Assembly: GCA_963668695.2 (NCBI GenBank)
Contig: CAXXLQ010000004.1
Coordinates: 2,464,001-2,528,000 of the forward strand
Reading direction: 5' to 3'
Source: Vicinamibacteria bacterium
GTDB taxonomy: Bacteria; Acidobacteriota; Vicinamibacteria; Marinacidobacterales; Marinacidobacteraceae
DNA: 64,000 nt
Below are positions 22,450-33,650 of the stretch, in pieces. Under the pieces are notes generated by a model, which saw nothing but the letters and a program-made list of their open reading frames with translations, was not told the DNA's origin and did no database searches. The translations under genes and the position numbers were made by a program. How positions within the stretch are numbered: the stretch's first letter is position 1; each line of letters opens with the position of its first letter.

Positions 22450-23655
22450 TCAGCGTTCGGCGGCTGGTGCCCCGCCGCCGCCCGGGTCGGCTGGCATGTC
22501 CACCAGAGAGACGCGCACCTCCATTCCCTCGGTAACGATCGCGGGAGGGTTGGTCACCACCCGCTCCCCGTCGCGAAGGCCGGAGCGAACCAGCAGATCC
22601 CCGTCACGAGATGACCAAAAGGCGTCCACCTCGCGGATCCGGATCCGGTCTTCCCCATCGACCACGAGCACCCGTCCGTCTTCCCGTAACGCGCTGCGCG
22701 GCACGACCGCGACCTCCGGATACTCCCTTCCTTCAATCTCCGCCCGGACGAACATCCCGGCGACCAGCGGCGGTCTGCCGTCCGGTCCGCCCGCATACGG
22801 GTTCGGCACCTCGATGACGCCGGGGAAGAACCGGGTCGCCGGGTCCACCTCACCCTCCATCCGCACGAGCCGGCCCTCCCAGGTCCAGGTCGACGACGCG
22901 AGCGCCGGCCCCAGTACGGCGGTCAACTGAGCCCGCGGCCCGCGTCCCGACGGGACACCGCCGAACGGAAGGTCCACCAGTTCGAGCGCGGCGTCCGGCA
23001 ACGACACCCGCGTTTCCACCACCTCCACCAAAAGGAGTTCGAGCAGTGGCAGCCCCGGCGCCGCCCATTCCCCGACCTCGGCGTGCCGTTTCCCCACGAG
23101 ACCCGCGTGGGGCGCCCGCACCTCGGTCTTTTCGACGTCTCGTTCCGCTCGCCTGAGCGCCGCTGCCGCCGCCGCGAGTCCCGCCCGGGCCACCGCGAGT
23201 TGGGGAACCCGGAGCGCGAGCGGATCGGGCGGCGTTCCCTCTCCCGCCCACTCCTCCTCCGCGAGCCGCGCCAGGCTTTCCTCGGTCTGCAACTGCAGCC
23301 TGACCTGTTCGAGCTGGCTCTGCGCCTGGATCACCGCCTGCTCGTAAACCAGGGGTTCGATCCGGAAGAGGGGGGCCCCTTCTTCGACCCGAACCCCGTC
23401 CCGGAGCCCGGGAGCGCCCCACACCACCTGGCCGGCGACTTCCGCCGCCACCGTCGTCCGACGCGCCGGACGGACCGCTCCGTCGGCGCTCACCGTCACG
23501 CGGTGCGGGCCGACCCGCACCCGGGCCGCCCGGACTTCGGGCAGCACGGTCTCGATCTCCTGGGCTTCCGGTTTCGGTCCGAGCGCGGTGAGCAAAGCCG
23601 CCAGCACCACCGCCGCGAGCAGGATGGGAACGAAAAGGAATCTCCGCAACATCAC
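22450..23655 (-). CDS. RND membrane fusion protein
   Basis: N-terminal TM, AEVAGQV, RAPHAG, LVAGMFVRAEI, VPRSAL. Confidence 0.9.
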   Translation of the reverse strand: MMLRRFLFVPILLAAVVLAALLTALGPKPEAQEIETVLPEVRAARVRVGPHRVTVSADGAVRPARRTTVAAEVAGQVVWGAPGLRDGVRVEEGAPLFRIEPLVYEQAVIQAQSQLEQVRLQLQTEESLARLAEEEWAGEGTPPDPLALRVPQLAVARAGLAAAAAALRRAERDVEKTEVRAPHAGLVGKRHAEVGEWAAPGLPLLELLLVEVVETRVSLPDAALELVDLPFGGVPSGRGPRAQLTAVLGPALASSTWTWEGRLVRMEGEVDPATRFFPGVIEVPNPYAGGPDGRPPLVAGMFVRAEIEGREYPEVAVVPRSALREDGRVLVVDGEDRIRIREVDAFWSSRDGDLLVRSGLRDGERVVTNPPAIVTEGMEVRVSLVDMPADPGGGGAPAAER

Positions 23656-25142
23656 CGGGACCTCAAGCCTGAGCCGACTGTTTCGCCGGCCCCTGCCGAC
23701 TCTTCCCCGTTCGTGCGCTCGAATCCGCCGCCGAGCGCCAGCGAGAGGTTCACCCGGTTGTCCAGCCGCGCCCGCACCTGGGATAGATGGGCCGATTCGG
23801 CCATCAGAACCGCCCGCTCGGCGTCCAGTTCCGCCAGGAGCGAAGCGAATCCGCTCCGCCGCTGCGCCTCGGTCCTCGAGAGCGCCCGCCGGCTGGCCTC
23901 AAGCGCCTCCGCCGACCGCGACTCCACCTCGGAAAGCGCCTCCTCCGCCGAGAGGGCCGCCTCCACCTCCTGATACGCCGTCAGCACCGTCCGGGCATAG
24001 ACCGCCAGCGCCTCGCTGTCCCGGGCCTCTTCCTGCCGGATCTGGGCCCGGATCCGCCCTCCCTGAAACACCGGCGCCGCGATCCGCGCGATCAGGCTCC
24101 ATACCGAGAAGTCGCCCTTCACCAGGTCCTTCAAACGCGCGGTCGCGGTGCCGACCGAACTGGTCAGGGGAAACTGGGGATAGCGCGCCCGCCGCGCGAT
24201 CTCGGTGAACTCCTTCGACATCGCGAGGCGCCGCTCCGCGCTCGCTACGTCCGGACGCCGCGAGATCAGATCCGCCGGGGCCCCGGCCGGAACCGGGCCT
24301 GCCGTTGCCGGCAGACCGCCCCCGAGCGCCCAGTCCGGACCCGGCTCTCCGTCCGGATAGTCGGTAAGGAGAACCTCCAGGCCCCTCACCGCCGCCGAGC
24401 GCGCCTGCCGCCTGCTCGCGGCGGTCGCTTGCGCCTCCGCCAGTCGAGCCTGCGCGGCGTCTACCTGGGCGAGCGCCGCCTCTCCGATCCGCGCCCGCGC
24501 CCGCGTCCAGCGAACCGTCTCTTGCAGGCTTGCCGCGATCGCCTCCGCGATGCGCGTCTGCTCGCGGGCCTCGATCGCCAGGAAATAGAGCCGGGCGGCC
24601 TGACCGGCCAGCGAAACCCGGGCGCCCGCTACCTCCGCGACCGCTGCCTCCACCACGGCGTTGGCGGCGCGGGCCCGCGGCGTCGCCGCGCGCCAGAGAT
24701 TCGCCTCCCAGGAAAGATCCAGCGACAGTCCGTACCGGACGTAGTCCGCGGTCAGCACCTCGTCTTCCCCGATCCCCGGGATCGGCAGCCCGATGAACGC
24801 CTGCCGCGCCGCGATCCGTTCCACCCCGGTGCCGACCTGGGGAAAGAGCGCGCTCCTCGCAATCCCGGCGTCCGCCGCAGCCTGGGCGAGCCGCGCCGCC
24901 GCCTCCTGAAGCGTCAGGTTCCCGGAGAGCGCGCGTTCCACCACCAGGTCGAGTGCCGGATCCCCGAACGACGTCCACCAATCCGCGGCCGGTTTCCCGG
25001 CCGATTCCGGCGCCGGGGTCGCCGCCGGCTCGGGCGCGAGGTCCAACTCCGGGTCGAGAACGGGCGCCCGCAAGCTGGCGCAACCCGCGGCCAGCAGGCA
25101 GATCGCGACGAGGGAAGGCACACGGCGTGCGGCCACGTTCAT
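23652..25142 (-). CDS. Outer membrane efflux lipoprotein (NodT/TolC family)
   Basis: Lipobox LAAGC, WWTSFGDP, RRPDVASAE, ALGGG. Confidence 0.92.
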   Translation of the reverse strand: MNVAARRVPSLVAICLLAAGCASLRAPVLDPELDLAPEPAATPAPESAGKPAADWWTSFGDPALDLVVERALSGNLTLQEAAARLAQAAADAGIARSALFPQVGTGVERIAARQAFIGLPIPGIGEDEVLTADYVRYGLSLDLSWEANLWRAATPRARAANAVVEAAVAEVAGARVSLAGQAARLYFLAIEAREQTRIAEAIAASLQETVRWTRARARIGEAALAQVDAAQARLAEAQATAASRRQARSAAVRGLEVLLTDYPDGEPGPDWALGGGLPATAGPVPAGAPADLISRRPDVASAERRLAMSKEFTEIARRARYPQFPLTSSVGTATARLKDLVKGDFSVWSLIARIAAPVFQGGRIRAQIRQEEARDSEALAVYARTVLTAYQEVEAALSAEEALSEVESRSAEALEASRRALSRTEAQRRSGFASLLAELDAERAVLMAESAHLSQVRARLDNRVNLSLALGGGFERTNGEESAGAGETVGSGLRSR

Positions 25143-25349
25143 GTCGGTCGCCGAAGTCTATTCGTTCGGGTGCGAAGCTTCCGGTGCCGACAGACCCCAT
25201 GCTCCCGGTGGATCGCGCCGGCGGAAATCCTGCGCCGACGGGCAGGTGAAGCGTCCTCCCTGGTTGAAGGCCCGCCCCCCGCTCGCTTACGATCTTGGGT
25301 TCGAAGCGCGGTTCCCGTCGGGCTCCGGCCTGAACTCACGGAGGCTTTC

Positions 25350-27086
25350 ATGATCCAAATGACGTTCCACCCGGCATCCCGCCGTCCGGCCGGTCTCCTT
25401 CGCCGGCTCGGTCCTCTCGCCGCCCTGGGGCTGGTCGCCGTGTTCGGAGCCTCCCACGCCGCCGCGCAGGAAGAGCAGGAAGAACCGCTGAACCGCCGCG
25501 AGGTCTCGCGGGCGCTCGACATCGCGGAGGAACACATCGACGACGCTGAGAAGGCGGTCCGCGACGGCGACATGGAAGCCGCCAACGCCGCCTGGAGCCA
25601 GGCGGGAGGCCTCTTCCTGAGGGTCCTTCGGGACTACCCGGACCGCCACGACGTGAGGCTGGAAATCGCCCGCATCTACCGGCATTTCGAGGAATGGGAA
25701 AACGTCGCGGGCGCCTACGAGCTGGCGATCGCGGGGCTCGAGGACGACGACGAGATCCTCGAGGCGTGGACCGAGTTGACGACCGCCTACGCGAACCTCG
25801 AAAACGACGTGAAGGTCATCGAGGCGGGGCAGAAGGTCATCGAGTTGAACCCGAACCCGCCGGCCTCGATCTATCTCGGCCTCGGGGGCGCCATGGCCCG
25901 CCAGGGGCAGTTCGCGGAGGCCGCGGACATGGCGCGGAAGGCTCTCGAAATGGAGCCGGACAGCGCGATCGCCCACTCCACCCTCGGTCAGGCCTCCGCC
26001 GCCGCGGAGGACTGGGACGCCGCCGAGGCGTCCTTCCGGCGCGCTGTCGAAATCGATCCCAACACCGCCCGCGCCCACGCCGGACTCGCCAACATCTACA
26101 TTGCGCGCGAGGAGTTCCAGGCGGCGGTGGATGCGGCCACGGCGGCGCTCGCTGTGAACGATCAGTTGACGGCGGCCTACGGCATCCGGGGGCTCGCGAA
26201 CAACGCGCTCGGGAACCAGCAGGAGGCCTACGGCGATCTGGCGATGGCGATCACCGTGAACGCCAACGACCCGGCAGCGAACCTCGCCTTCGCCCAGGTG
26301 TATGAAGCGCAGGACAACAAGGGCCAGGCGGCGACCTACTACCGCAAGGTGACGACATTCGACAACTCGCCCCCGGCCTCCCGGGCGGAGGCGCACATCG
26401 CCCTCGGCCGCTTCGCCATCGACGCCATGAACCCCGACCAGGCAGTGATCGAGATGGAGGCGGCGGCTGCCGCCGACCCGGGTTCGGCGGAAGCCAAGGC
26501 CGCACTCGGGATGGCGCACCGCGCCAAGGCGAAGGCCCTGCGCCAGGCGCAGGATCTGGCGGGAGCGCTGGTCTCCGCGGAAGCGGCGAACGCCGCCAAT
26601 CCCGATGACCCGCTCACCAATCTGGAATACGGCATCGCGCTCTTCTCGAATCAGGCGTTGGCCGAGGCGGCCCCGTTGCTCGAGGCGGCGATTCCCGCCT
26701 TCCCGGCCGACGGCGACCTGAACGACCTTGCGGTCGGCCACTACGCTCTCGGGCAGGCGTACATGGGGCAGAGCAACTTCGCGGGTGCGGAGTCCCAGTT
26801 CATCGAGGCGAGCCAGAAGATGGCCAGTTGGGGCGAGCCATTCCGGATGCTGGCCTGGGCCCAGTCCGTGCAGATCAGTTACGGCCCCTGCCGGCTGAAG
26901 GACGCCGCCTTCGGCGAGCGCTTGCAGGCGGCCCAGGTGGGTTGCCCGGCGAGCGATGCCGACTACGAACGGGTCGCCGAAGCGGCGGCGCAGTACCAGA
27001 AGGCCGTGGAACTCGGCGTCCAGGACCCGGCGCTCGCCGAGCGGCTTGCGGTGCTGCAGGAGGTCCGGAATCAGCTCATCGAATAG
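25350..27086 (+). CDS. Secreted TPR-repeat protein
   Basis: RBS GGAGG, signal peptide, repeated TPR patterns (AxxxxRKALEMEP, AHxxLG). Confidence 0.85.
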   Translation: MIQMTFHPASRRPAGLLRRLGPLAALGLVAVFGASHAAAQEEQEEPLNRREVSRALDIAEEHIDDAEKAVRDGDMEAANAAWSQAGGLFLRVLRDYPDRHDVRLEIARIYRHFEEWENVAGAYELAIAGLEDDDEILEAWTELTTAYANLENDVKVIEAGQKVIELNPNPPASIYLGLGGAMARQGQFAEAADMARKALEMEPDSAIAHSTLGQASAAAEDWDAAEASFRRAVEIDPNTARAHAGLANIYIAREEFQAAVDAATAALAVNDQLTAAYGIRGLANNALGNQQEAYGDLAMAITVNANDPAANLAFAQVYEAQDNKGQAATYYRKVTTFDNSPPASRAEAHIALGRFAIDAMNPDQAVIEMEAAAAADPGSAEAKAALGMAHRAKAKALRQAQDLAGALVSAEAANAANPDDPLTNLEYGIALFSNQALAEAAPLLEAAIPAFPADGDLNDLAVGHYALGQAYMGQSNFAGAESQFIEASQKMASWGEPFRMLAWAQSVQISYGPCRLKDAAFGERLQAAQVGCPASDADYERVAEAAAQYQKAVELGVQDPALAERLAVLQEVRNQLIE

Positions 27087-27144
27087 GGCCGATCCGGCCG
27101 ACATCCGGGGGCTGCTGTCCCGCCTCGAGGGACAGCAGCCCCCG

Positions 27145-28269
27145 ATGGAGGACATGCTCGGTCGGTTCGTCCGGATCGAGTCCCCCACCGACGATCCCGA
27201 TGCGACGGCCCGGATGGGCGAGGAGGCCGTCTCCGCGCTCACGGCCGGCGCCTCGTCCTTCCTGAACGACGCAGTCACGTCCCGGACCCTCGGTACGGAC
27301 GGTGGCGCCCCGCGCGGACCCCAGGTGCTGGTCCGGATTCCGGGAACTGCGGCGACGGAGAAACCGCTGCTGCTCCTCGGTCATCTAGACACCGTCTGGC
27401 CGCACGGCACTCTCGAGGAGATTCCCTTCCGGATCGAGGACGGAGTGGCGCGGGGCCCCGGCGTCTACGACATGAAGGCAGGCCTGGTGCAGACGATCTG
27501 GGCGCTCAGGATTCTCGACCGCGAGGGTGTCCGGCCGCGCCGGCCGCTAAGGGTCCTGTGGAACACCGACGAAGAGGCGGGAAGCGCCGCAAGCCGCCAA
27601 CTCATCGAGGCGGAGGCGGCTGCTGCTGCTGCCTGCCTGGTGATGGAGCCCTCGCTGCCGGACGGCGGCGCCAAGACGAGCCGCCGGGGTGTCGGAATCC
27701 TGAGCGCGCGGGTCCTCGGACGCGCCGCCCATGCCGGTCTGGAGCCCGAGCGCGGGATCAATGCGATCACCGAACTGGCCCGGATCGTGACCGCCGCCGC
27801 CGCCCTTTCGGCGCCGGAGCGCGGCGTCACCGCGAACGTCGGACTGATCCGGGGCGGGTCACGGACCAATGTCGTCCCCGCCGAGGCGTCGGCCGACGTG
27901 GACATCCGGATGGATGATCCGGAGTCGGGAGCGCAGATCATCGCGGCGCTCCGGGACCTCGGCGCGGAACATCCGGAAGCCCGGGTTGAATGGACCGGCG
28001 GCGTGAACCGGCCTCCGCTGCTGCGGAACGCGGGCGTCGTCGCCCTCTACGAGCGAGCCCGGCAGTTGGCTGCCGAACTCGACTGGGATCTCGGCGAGGG
28101 TTCGGCGGGCGGCGGTTCGGACGGCAACATCGTGGCCGGGCTGGGTGTTCCGGTACTTGACGGCCTCGGCCCGCTCGGGGACGGCGCCCACGCGCGGCAC
28201 GAACAGGTTGTCACCGGGGACCTCCCCCGCCGCGTCGCCCTCCTGGCGGCCCTCCTCCTCGAACTCTGA
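27145..28269 (+). CDS. M20 family metallopeptidase (glutamate carboxypeptidase-like)
   Basis: GHLDTV, GPGVYDMKAG, DEEAGS, GGGSDGN, GAHARHE; start uncertain. Confidence 0.88.
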   Translation: MEDMLGRFVRIESPTDDPDATARMGEEAVSALTAGASSFLNDAVTSRTLGTDGGAPRGPQVLVRIPGTAATEKPLLLLGHLDTVWPHGTLEEIPFRIEDGVARGPGVYDMKAGLVQTIWALRILDREGVRPRRPLRVLWNTDEEAGSAASRQLIEAEAAAAAACLVMEPSLPDGGAKTSRRGVGILSARVLGRAAHAGLEPERGINAITELARIVTAAAALSAPERGVTANVGLIRGGSRTNVVPAEASADVDIRMDDPESGAQIIAALRDLGAEHPEARVEWTGGVNRPPLLRNAGVVALYERARQLAAELDWDLGEGSAGGGSDGNIVAGLGVPVLDGLGPLGDGAHARHEQVVTGDLPRRVALLAALLLEL

Positions 28270-28296
28270 TCGGCGGAGGCGCCGTCGCCCGCCGGG

Positions 28297-29040
28297 TCAG
28301 TGAGACAGGATCCGGCTCAGAAAAAGCTTCGTCCGATCGTCAGCGGGGTTCGTGAAGAACGCTTCCGGAGACAGGCATTCGACGATGCTGCCCTCGTCCA
28401 TGAAGGCGATCCGGTCGGCGACGGTCCGGGCGAACCCCATTTCGTGCGTGACCACGATCATCGTCATCCCGCTCTGGGCGAGATCGTTCATCACGTCGAG
28501 GACTTCCTTGATCATCACGGGATCGAGCGCCGACGTGGGTTCGTCGAACAGCAAGACCCTTGGCTGCATGCACAGCGACCTTGCGATCGCCGCCCGCTGC
28601 TGCTGACCGCCTGAGAGCTGGCCCGGATACTTCCCGGCCTGCTCCGGGATCCGCACGCGGGCGAGGAGCTCCATGGCGCGTTTCCGCGCCTCCGCCGCCG
28701 CCATCCCCAGCACCCGGGTCGGCCCCAGCATGCAGTTATCCAGCACGGAAAGGTGGGGGAAGAGATTGAACTCCTGAAACACCATGCCGATCTCGCGCCG
28801 GACCGCGGCGAGGTCCTTCGTCTCCGCGCTCATCTCCCGTCCGGCCAAGACGATGCGCCCTTCCTCGTGTTCCTCGAGACGGTTGATGCAGCGGATCAGG
28901 GTGGACTTTCCCGACCCGGACGGACCGCAGATCACGACCCGCTCGCCTTCCGAGATCCGAAGCTGCACATCCCTGAGAACGTGAAAGTCGCCGAACCACT
29001 TGTTCACGCCGTCGAGTTCGATCAGCACCTTGCCCGCCAT
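28297..29040 (-). CDS. Polar amino acid ABC transporter ATP-binding protein
   Basis: [27 protein letters not shown]. Confidence 0.93.
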   Translation of the reverse strand: MAGKVLIELDGVNKWFGDFHVLRDVQLRISEGERVVICGPSGSGKSTLIRCINRLEEHEEGRIVLAGREMSAETKDLAAVRREIGMVFQEFNLFPHLSVLDNCMLGPTRVLGMAAAEARKRAMELLARVRIPEQAGKYPGQLSGGQQQRAAIARSLCMQPRVLLFDEPTSALDPVMIKEVLDVMNDLAQSGMTMIVVTHEMGFARTVADRIAFMDEGSIVECLSPEAFFTNPADDRTKLFLSRILSH

Positions 29041-29129
29041 GAGACCCCCCCCGGCGTCAGGCCCTGCGGGGCGCGGCCCCGCCGCCGCCAACGCGCCCCG
29101 GTAGGGAGGTCATGCAGTCGCCCCGGACT

Positions 29130-30019
29130 TCATGGCCGGGCCCCCACCGTGCTCTTCTCGAGGCGGTTGAACACCAGCGACAGGAAGTAGCACAGGCAGA
29201 AGTACAGACCGGCGACCGTAATCCACACCTCGAACACCCGGGTGGTCGAAACGGCGGTTTCCATGGCCAGGAAGGTCAGTTCCTGGATCGAGATCAGGGA
29301 GAGGATCGAAGAGTCCTTCACCAGGGTGATGAACTGCCCGGCGAGGGGCGGGATCACCCGCCGGACGGCCTGGGGAAGGATCACGCGGCGCCAGAGTTGC
29401 CAGCGGGAAAGCCCGATGCTGAGTCCGGCCTCGCTCTGCGCCTTCGGAATGGACTGGATCCCGGCGCGCACGATCTCCGTCATGTAGGCGCCTTGAAACA
29501 TGGAGAGACAGATGACGCCGGAGATCACGTTCGGAATGAGGGTGGATGGGCCGAACAGCAGTTCCAGCGGGCGCAGTGTTCCGGGGAGGCCGCGCGTACG
29601 AAGTCCTCCACCCCCAGGATCGGCATGATCTGGCTGCTGATGAAGAAGTAGAAGATGAAGATGAAGACGAGCGGCGGGATGTTCCGGATCAACTCGACGT
29701 AGCTCCGGCTGAGCAGTCGCGGAAAGAGGCGCCGGCTTGTCCGCATGATGCCGAAGACGGCTCCGAGCAGCGCGGCCGGGATCATGCTCAGCAGCGCCAG
29801 GCGAACCGTCGTGTAGAACCCCTGCATCAGCAGGTTCGGGACCCAGCGCCGCAGTTCTTCGTCCCACCGGTACAGGAAGTGTGGGATGACCGTCTAGTCC
29901 CAGCGGTATTCCAGGACGGAGTCCACCCGGTATGCGACGTAAGCGACGGCCGCGATCAGCGCGGCAAAAACCACGGCATCGAACCAGCCGAGTCGAGGGG
30001 CGTGTCCAGGTAGTCTCAC
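29130..30019 (-). CDS. Amino acid ABC permease; apparent TAG near 29895 and frameshift near 29577
   Basis: YVELIRNIP, EIVRAGIQSIPKAQSEA, LVKDSS in split frames. Confidence 0.8.
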
Positions 30020-30050
30020 GTTCGGCGGCGCCCCACGCTGTCCACCGGAG

Positions 30051-30892
30051 TTACTCCCGGGGACGAACCTCGTCGATCCAGTTCGTCGTCTTGAACCAGT
30101 AGTCGTAACGCTCCGTCAGCCAGCCGCTGGTGGTGTTGACCCGGATCCAGTTGGAGAAGAGTTCAGCGCGTCCGGATCACCTTTGCGCAGCCCGAACGCT
30201 TCGTCCCCCTGCGAAAGGCTTTCGGTCGTCGGAAGAAAGAGGAGTTCCGGTTTGCGGCCCACCCATTCCACCGGGTTCGGGTATGAGGACACGATGGCGT
30301 GGGCGTTGCCGTTCAGAACCTCCTGCAGGGCCTGGATGTCGTCGTCGAACCTGCGCACCGTCGCCTTCGGGAACAGCCGGCCCACGTCGCTGCACGAGGT
30401 CGCGCCGCGCCGGCAGGTGAGGGTCACTTCCTCGTGGTCGTAGTCGTCCGGCCACCGCAGGTTCGCGGTCAGCGCCCGGTTGGCCGCGACCCCCATACCG
30501 GAGTGCGCATAGGGGATGGTGAAGTTGATCGTCAGGTTCCGTTGGGGGCGGACGCTCAGGCCGCCGATGATCACGTCGAACTTGCCCGCGATGAGGGCCG
30601 GGATGATGCCGTCCCAGGAAGTGGGCACAAACTCGAGATCCACGCCCATGTCCGCGGCGACCTTCGTCGCGACGTCCACTTCAAAGCCGACGAGTTCCCC
30701 GTTCCGGTTGCGCATCGCCCACGGCTCGAAGGTTGAAACCCCGACCTTCAGCGCACCGCGTTTCTGGATCGTCTCGATGACGCTCTCGCCCGTGCGCTGC
30801 GGCGCGGCGCACTGCGCCAGGAGCCCGGCGGCGACGCCCAGCGTGAGGAGCGAGACGAGCGTCCGTGGTAACCGGCTGCCGGCAGGACTCAT
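30051..30892 (-). CDS. Amino acid ABC substrate-binding protein; frameshift near 30161
   Basis: GFEVDVA, WDGIIPAL..GKFDVII, FTIPY. Confidence 0.85.
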
Positions 30893-30933
30893 TCGCTTCT
30901 CCTTGATCTTGGGATGGTGCGGAACCCGGGACG

Positions 30934-31760
30934 TCACGCTCGCACGCGCTGCTCGAGGCGGCTCGCGGCTGCGGAGAGGGCCACGGTGAACGCCAGGTAG
31001 ATGGCGGCGACCGTAATCCATACCTCGAAACTCAGGAACGTCTCCGCGATGATGTTTCGCGCCTCGGTGGTGAGGTCGAACACGGCGATGACGCTGACGA
31101 TCGCCGAGTTCCTGATGAGCGAGATCACGATCCCCGTGAGGGGCGGAAGCATCAAGGGTACCGCCTGCGGAAGGATCACCGACCGGTAGAGCTGCGCCCG
31201 GCTGAGGCCGAGGCCGGCGCCCGCCTCCCACTGTCCGCGCGGGACGGAGAGGATGCCCGCCCGGATCGCTTCGCCGGCAAACGCTCCCTCGAAGACCGAC
31301 AGCGCCAGGACCCCGACCCAGAACCGGTCCATGCCGAGGATCGGGCCGAGAACGAAGTAGAACAGGTAGACCTGGATCAGCAGCGGGGTGCTGCGTACCG
31401 CTTCGAGATAGATCTTCGCGAGGATGCGTCCCGAGAACGAATCCGAGAGGCGCAGGAGCGCGGCCGTCAGTCCGATCGCGAGGGTGATGAGGACGCTCCA
31501 GGCGGTGAGCGCCAGCGTGACCGTGAGCCCGCGCGTGAGCGGCCCCACAGAAGCTCGCCCTCGGCGATCTGGAAGAGGTAATCGGGAATCCGGTACCACT
31601 GCCAGTTGTAGCCCATCCTCAGGGCGCCGGAGACCGCGAGTCCCAACAGGGCGCCGACGAACACCGTGAACTGGAGGGCGTCGAACCACGGCGCGTTCCA
31701 CCAGCGTCCGCGCCGGACGTCCGGCGGCGGCGGGCGGGAGGCGGGGAGCGCCCGGCCCAT
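30934..31760 (-). CDS. Amino acid ABC permease; frameshift near 31545
   Basis: RSTPLLIQ, EAIRAGILSVPRGQWEA, VILPQA. Confidence 0.85.
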
Positions 31761-32073
31761 CAGCGACGCCTCCCGTGCCGATTCCTCTTGTCCACGGAAT
31801 GCGCGGCCGGTGCGGATCGCGTTGTTTGAAATTCCGTCATGTTCACAGCTTCAGGACACAGCGGCCGGCGATGCGGGATTCGGCTCTTTTCGGATTGGGC
31901 GACTCAGTCGTTTTTTGCTGCCCGGGGGGCTCTTTTCCTCTTCCGGTTCGGTGCTTCCGCGGCCTTCATTTGCCGGCGCGATACCCGCCGCGACAATGGG
32001 TAGTGGTCAAGTTTGACCGGGGGTAATTCAACCCATTGAATCGGCGCGGGAGCGGGCAGTGAGGGCCGGTCAG

Positions 32074-32375
32074 TTACTCGGGGGAACTGGGCGGTCCCCG
32101 AGACCATTTGACCTTGAGGGCCTCCGCGAACTCTGAGAGCACGATCGCCAAGTAAGGGCCAAGAACCACTACCGCGAGGGCGGCGACGAACGGCCACGAG
32201 AAGTTGTTCTCGGGCGAGTCGTCGGTAGCGGGTTCGTTAGTGGCAGGTTCGTCAGTAGTGGGGGCGGAGACGATTTGGGAGGGAGTTTGTCCTGCGTCGC
32301 AACGTCCCTGGAGACGGTCCATGTGACGCCTACGGCGGTAAAGAGCAGGACAAGAATGCCGACCCACTTCTTCAA
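32074..32375 (-). CDS. Small two-TM passenger protein, frameshifted
   Basis: MKKWVGILVLLFTAVG... joins across frames to ...WPFVAALAVVVLGPYLAIVLSEF; RBS-like GAGAG upstream. Confidence 0.4.
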
Positions 32376-32477
32376 TCGAGGATTCTCTCTCGTTCTACGG
32401 CGGGGGAGGGCTCGGATTGAGTCGGCTTTCTACGAGGTCCATCAGCCGATCTATCAGGTCTGCCAGCATGGTCTTCG

Positions 32478-32738
32478 TCACTGCCCCCCGTTTCCTGACG
32501 GAGCGGAGCCGTCCTGAATGTCCACCTTCGATTCGAGGGCCGCTAGCCGCTCCCCAATCTCCGCATGTTCCTTCGACATTTCAGTCTGTAGGATCGCGAT
32601 TCGATCTATCACGTCAACTCGGACATTCCCCATCTGGACGTAGACCCCGATAGTTGCCCCGACCAGGGCTATCAGCATCGAGGCAAGTAGCGTCACAACG
32701 GGGTCCCTCGTCGCGGAGTGCTTTGCGTTCTCCATCAT
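32478..32738 (-). CDS. Small TM plus coiled-coil passenger protein
   Basis: One hydrophobic helix followed by heptads IAILQTEMSKEHAEIGERLAALE. Confidence 0.55.
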   Translation of the reverse strand: MMENAKHSATRDPVVTLLASMLIALVGATIGVYVQMGNVRVDVIDRIAILQTEMSKEHAEIGERLAALESKVDIQDGSAPSGNGGQ

Positions 32739-32822
32739 GCGCCAAAAGGTAACTCCTGCTCGGAGCCCTCTGCGCTAGGCGCAATCACATGTTAGCAACC
32801 CTCGCGCTAGTGCCAACCCTGG

Positions 32823-33523
32823 ATGCTTGATCGGGCATCCGTCGCCGCCGCCCATCAGGATGCGGCCCTGCGGGACCTCCCCTGCCGCCGGATTGAGGCG
32901 GATGAGATTCACTCGTTCTGCTACGCCCGGCGGAAGAACGTCCCGCCCGAGCGGGCCGGGCAGTTCGGCTACGGGGACGTCTGGACTTGGGTCGCGATAG
33001 ACCCGGAGACGAAGCTGGTAGTGAGTTGGCTTCTCGGGGACCGGGAAGCGGGAGCGGCCCGCGCCTTCATGAGGGACCTCGCCTCCCGGCTCAGCGGGCG
33101 AATTAACTGACGACCGACGGCCTACGCAAGTACCCCGATGCCGTAGAGGTCGCCTTCGGGGGCGATGTTGACTACGCCGCCCTGGTCAAGGATTTCGCCA
33201 CCGACAAGGAAGCCCGGTCCATCGTCCATGTAGGGAACCCGGACCCGGAGCGGATCACAACGAGCTACATCGAGCGGCAGAACCTAACGATGGGGATGGG
33301 GATGCGCCGCTACCCCCGGCGGACGAACGCCTTCTCCAAGAAGATCGAGAACCACGGTCATATGCTGGCGATTCATTACCTCTACCACAACTTCGCCCGG
33401 CCTCACCTGAGCCTCGATGGGATCACGCCGGCGCAGGCCGCCCTGCTGTCTCTTCGGCGCTGGCAACCGGCCGACATGGTCGACCTTTTGGAGTCCTCGA
33501 AAGTCCAAATTCTTGAAACTTGA
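32823..33523 (+). pseudogene. IS1-like DDE transposase, N-terminally truncated, frameshift near 33105
   Basis: IEADEIHSF, DVWTWVAID, LTTDG, TSYIERQNLT, TNAFSKK, YHNFARPH. Confidence 0.8.
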
Positions 33524-33546
33524 CCACTACCCGAAGAAACGAAAGA

Positions 33547-33576
33547 TTGACTTCCATACCGGGAACGTGGTACGAA
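33547..33576 (+). promoter_or_regulatory. Possible sigma70-type promoter
   Basis: TTGACT-18 nt-TACGAA with an extended TG, upstream of 33651. Confidence 0.3.
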
Positions 33577-33650
33577 AGCAGGGTCGCGTGTTCGTGCGTA
33601 GGAAGGACGGCACGTAAACCGAAAAAGAGACGGATCCTTGGAGGGACAAT

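Larger units (their letters stand above)
31999..33531 (+). mobile_element. IS1-family-like element carrying passenger genes
   Basis: 16-bp terminal IR GGTAGTGGTCAAGTTT / AAACTTGACCACTACC enclosing a transposase; no TSD visible. Confidence 0.75.

Noticed and set aside
29893-29897. In-frame TAG as recoding (pyrrolysine or readthrough)
   Set aside because: It is a single TGG>TAG change at an expected Trp, TAG is used as a normal stop elsewhere, and no pyl genes are in the window.
3063-31760. Mass pseudogenisation or programmed frameshifting (SSS transporter, addAB, ABC operon)
   Set aside because: The breaks I resolved are single-base losses in short homopolymers (~3695, ~29577, ~30161, ~31545) or at CCTGG (~10809), typical of long-read consensus error. 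Real decay is not excluded.
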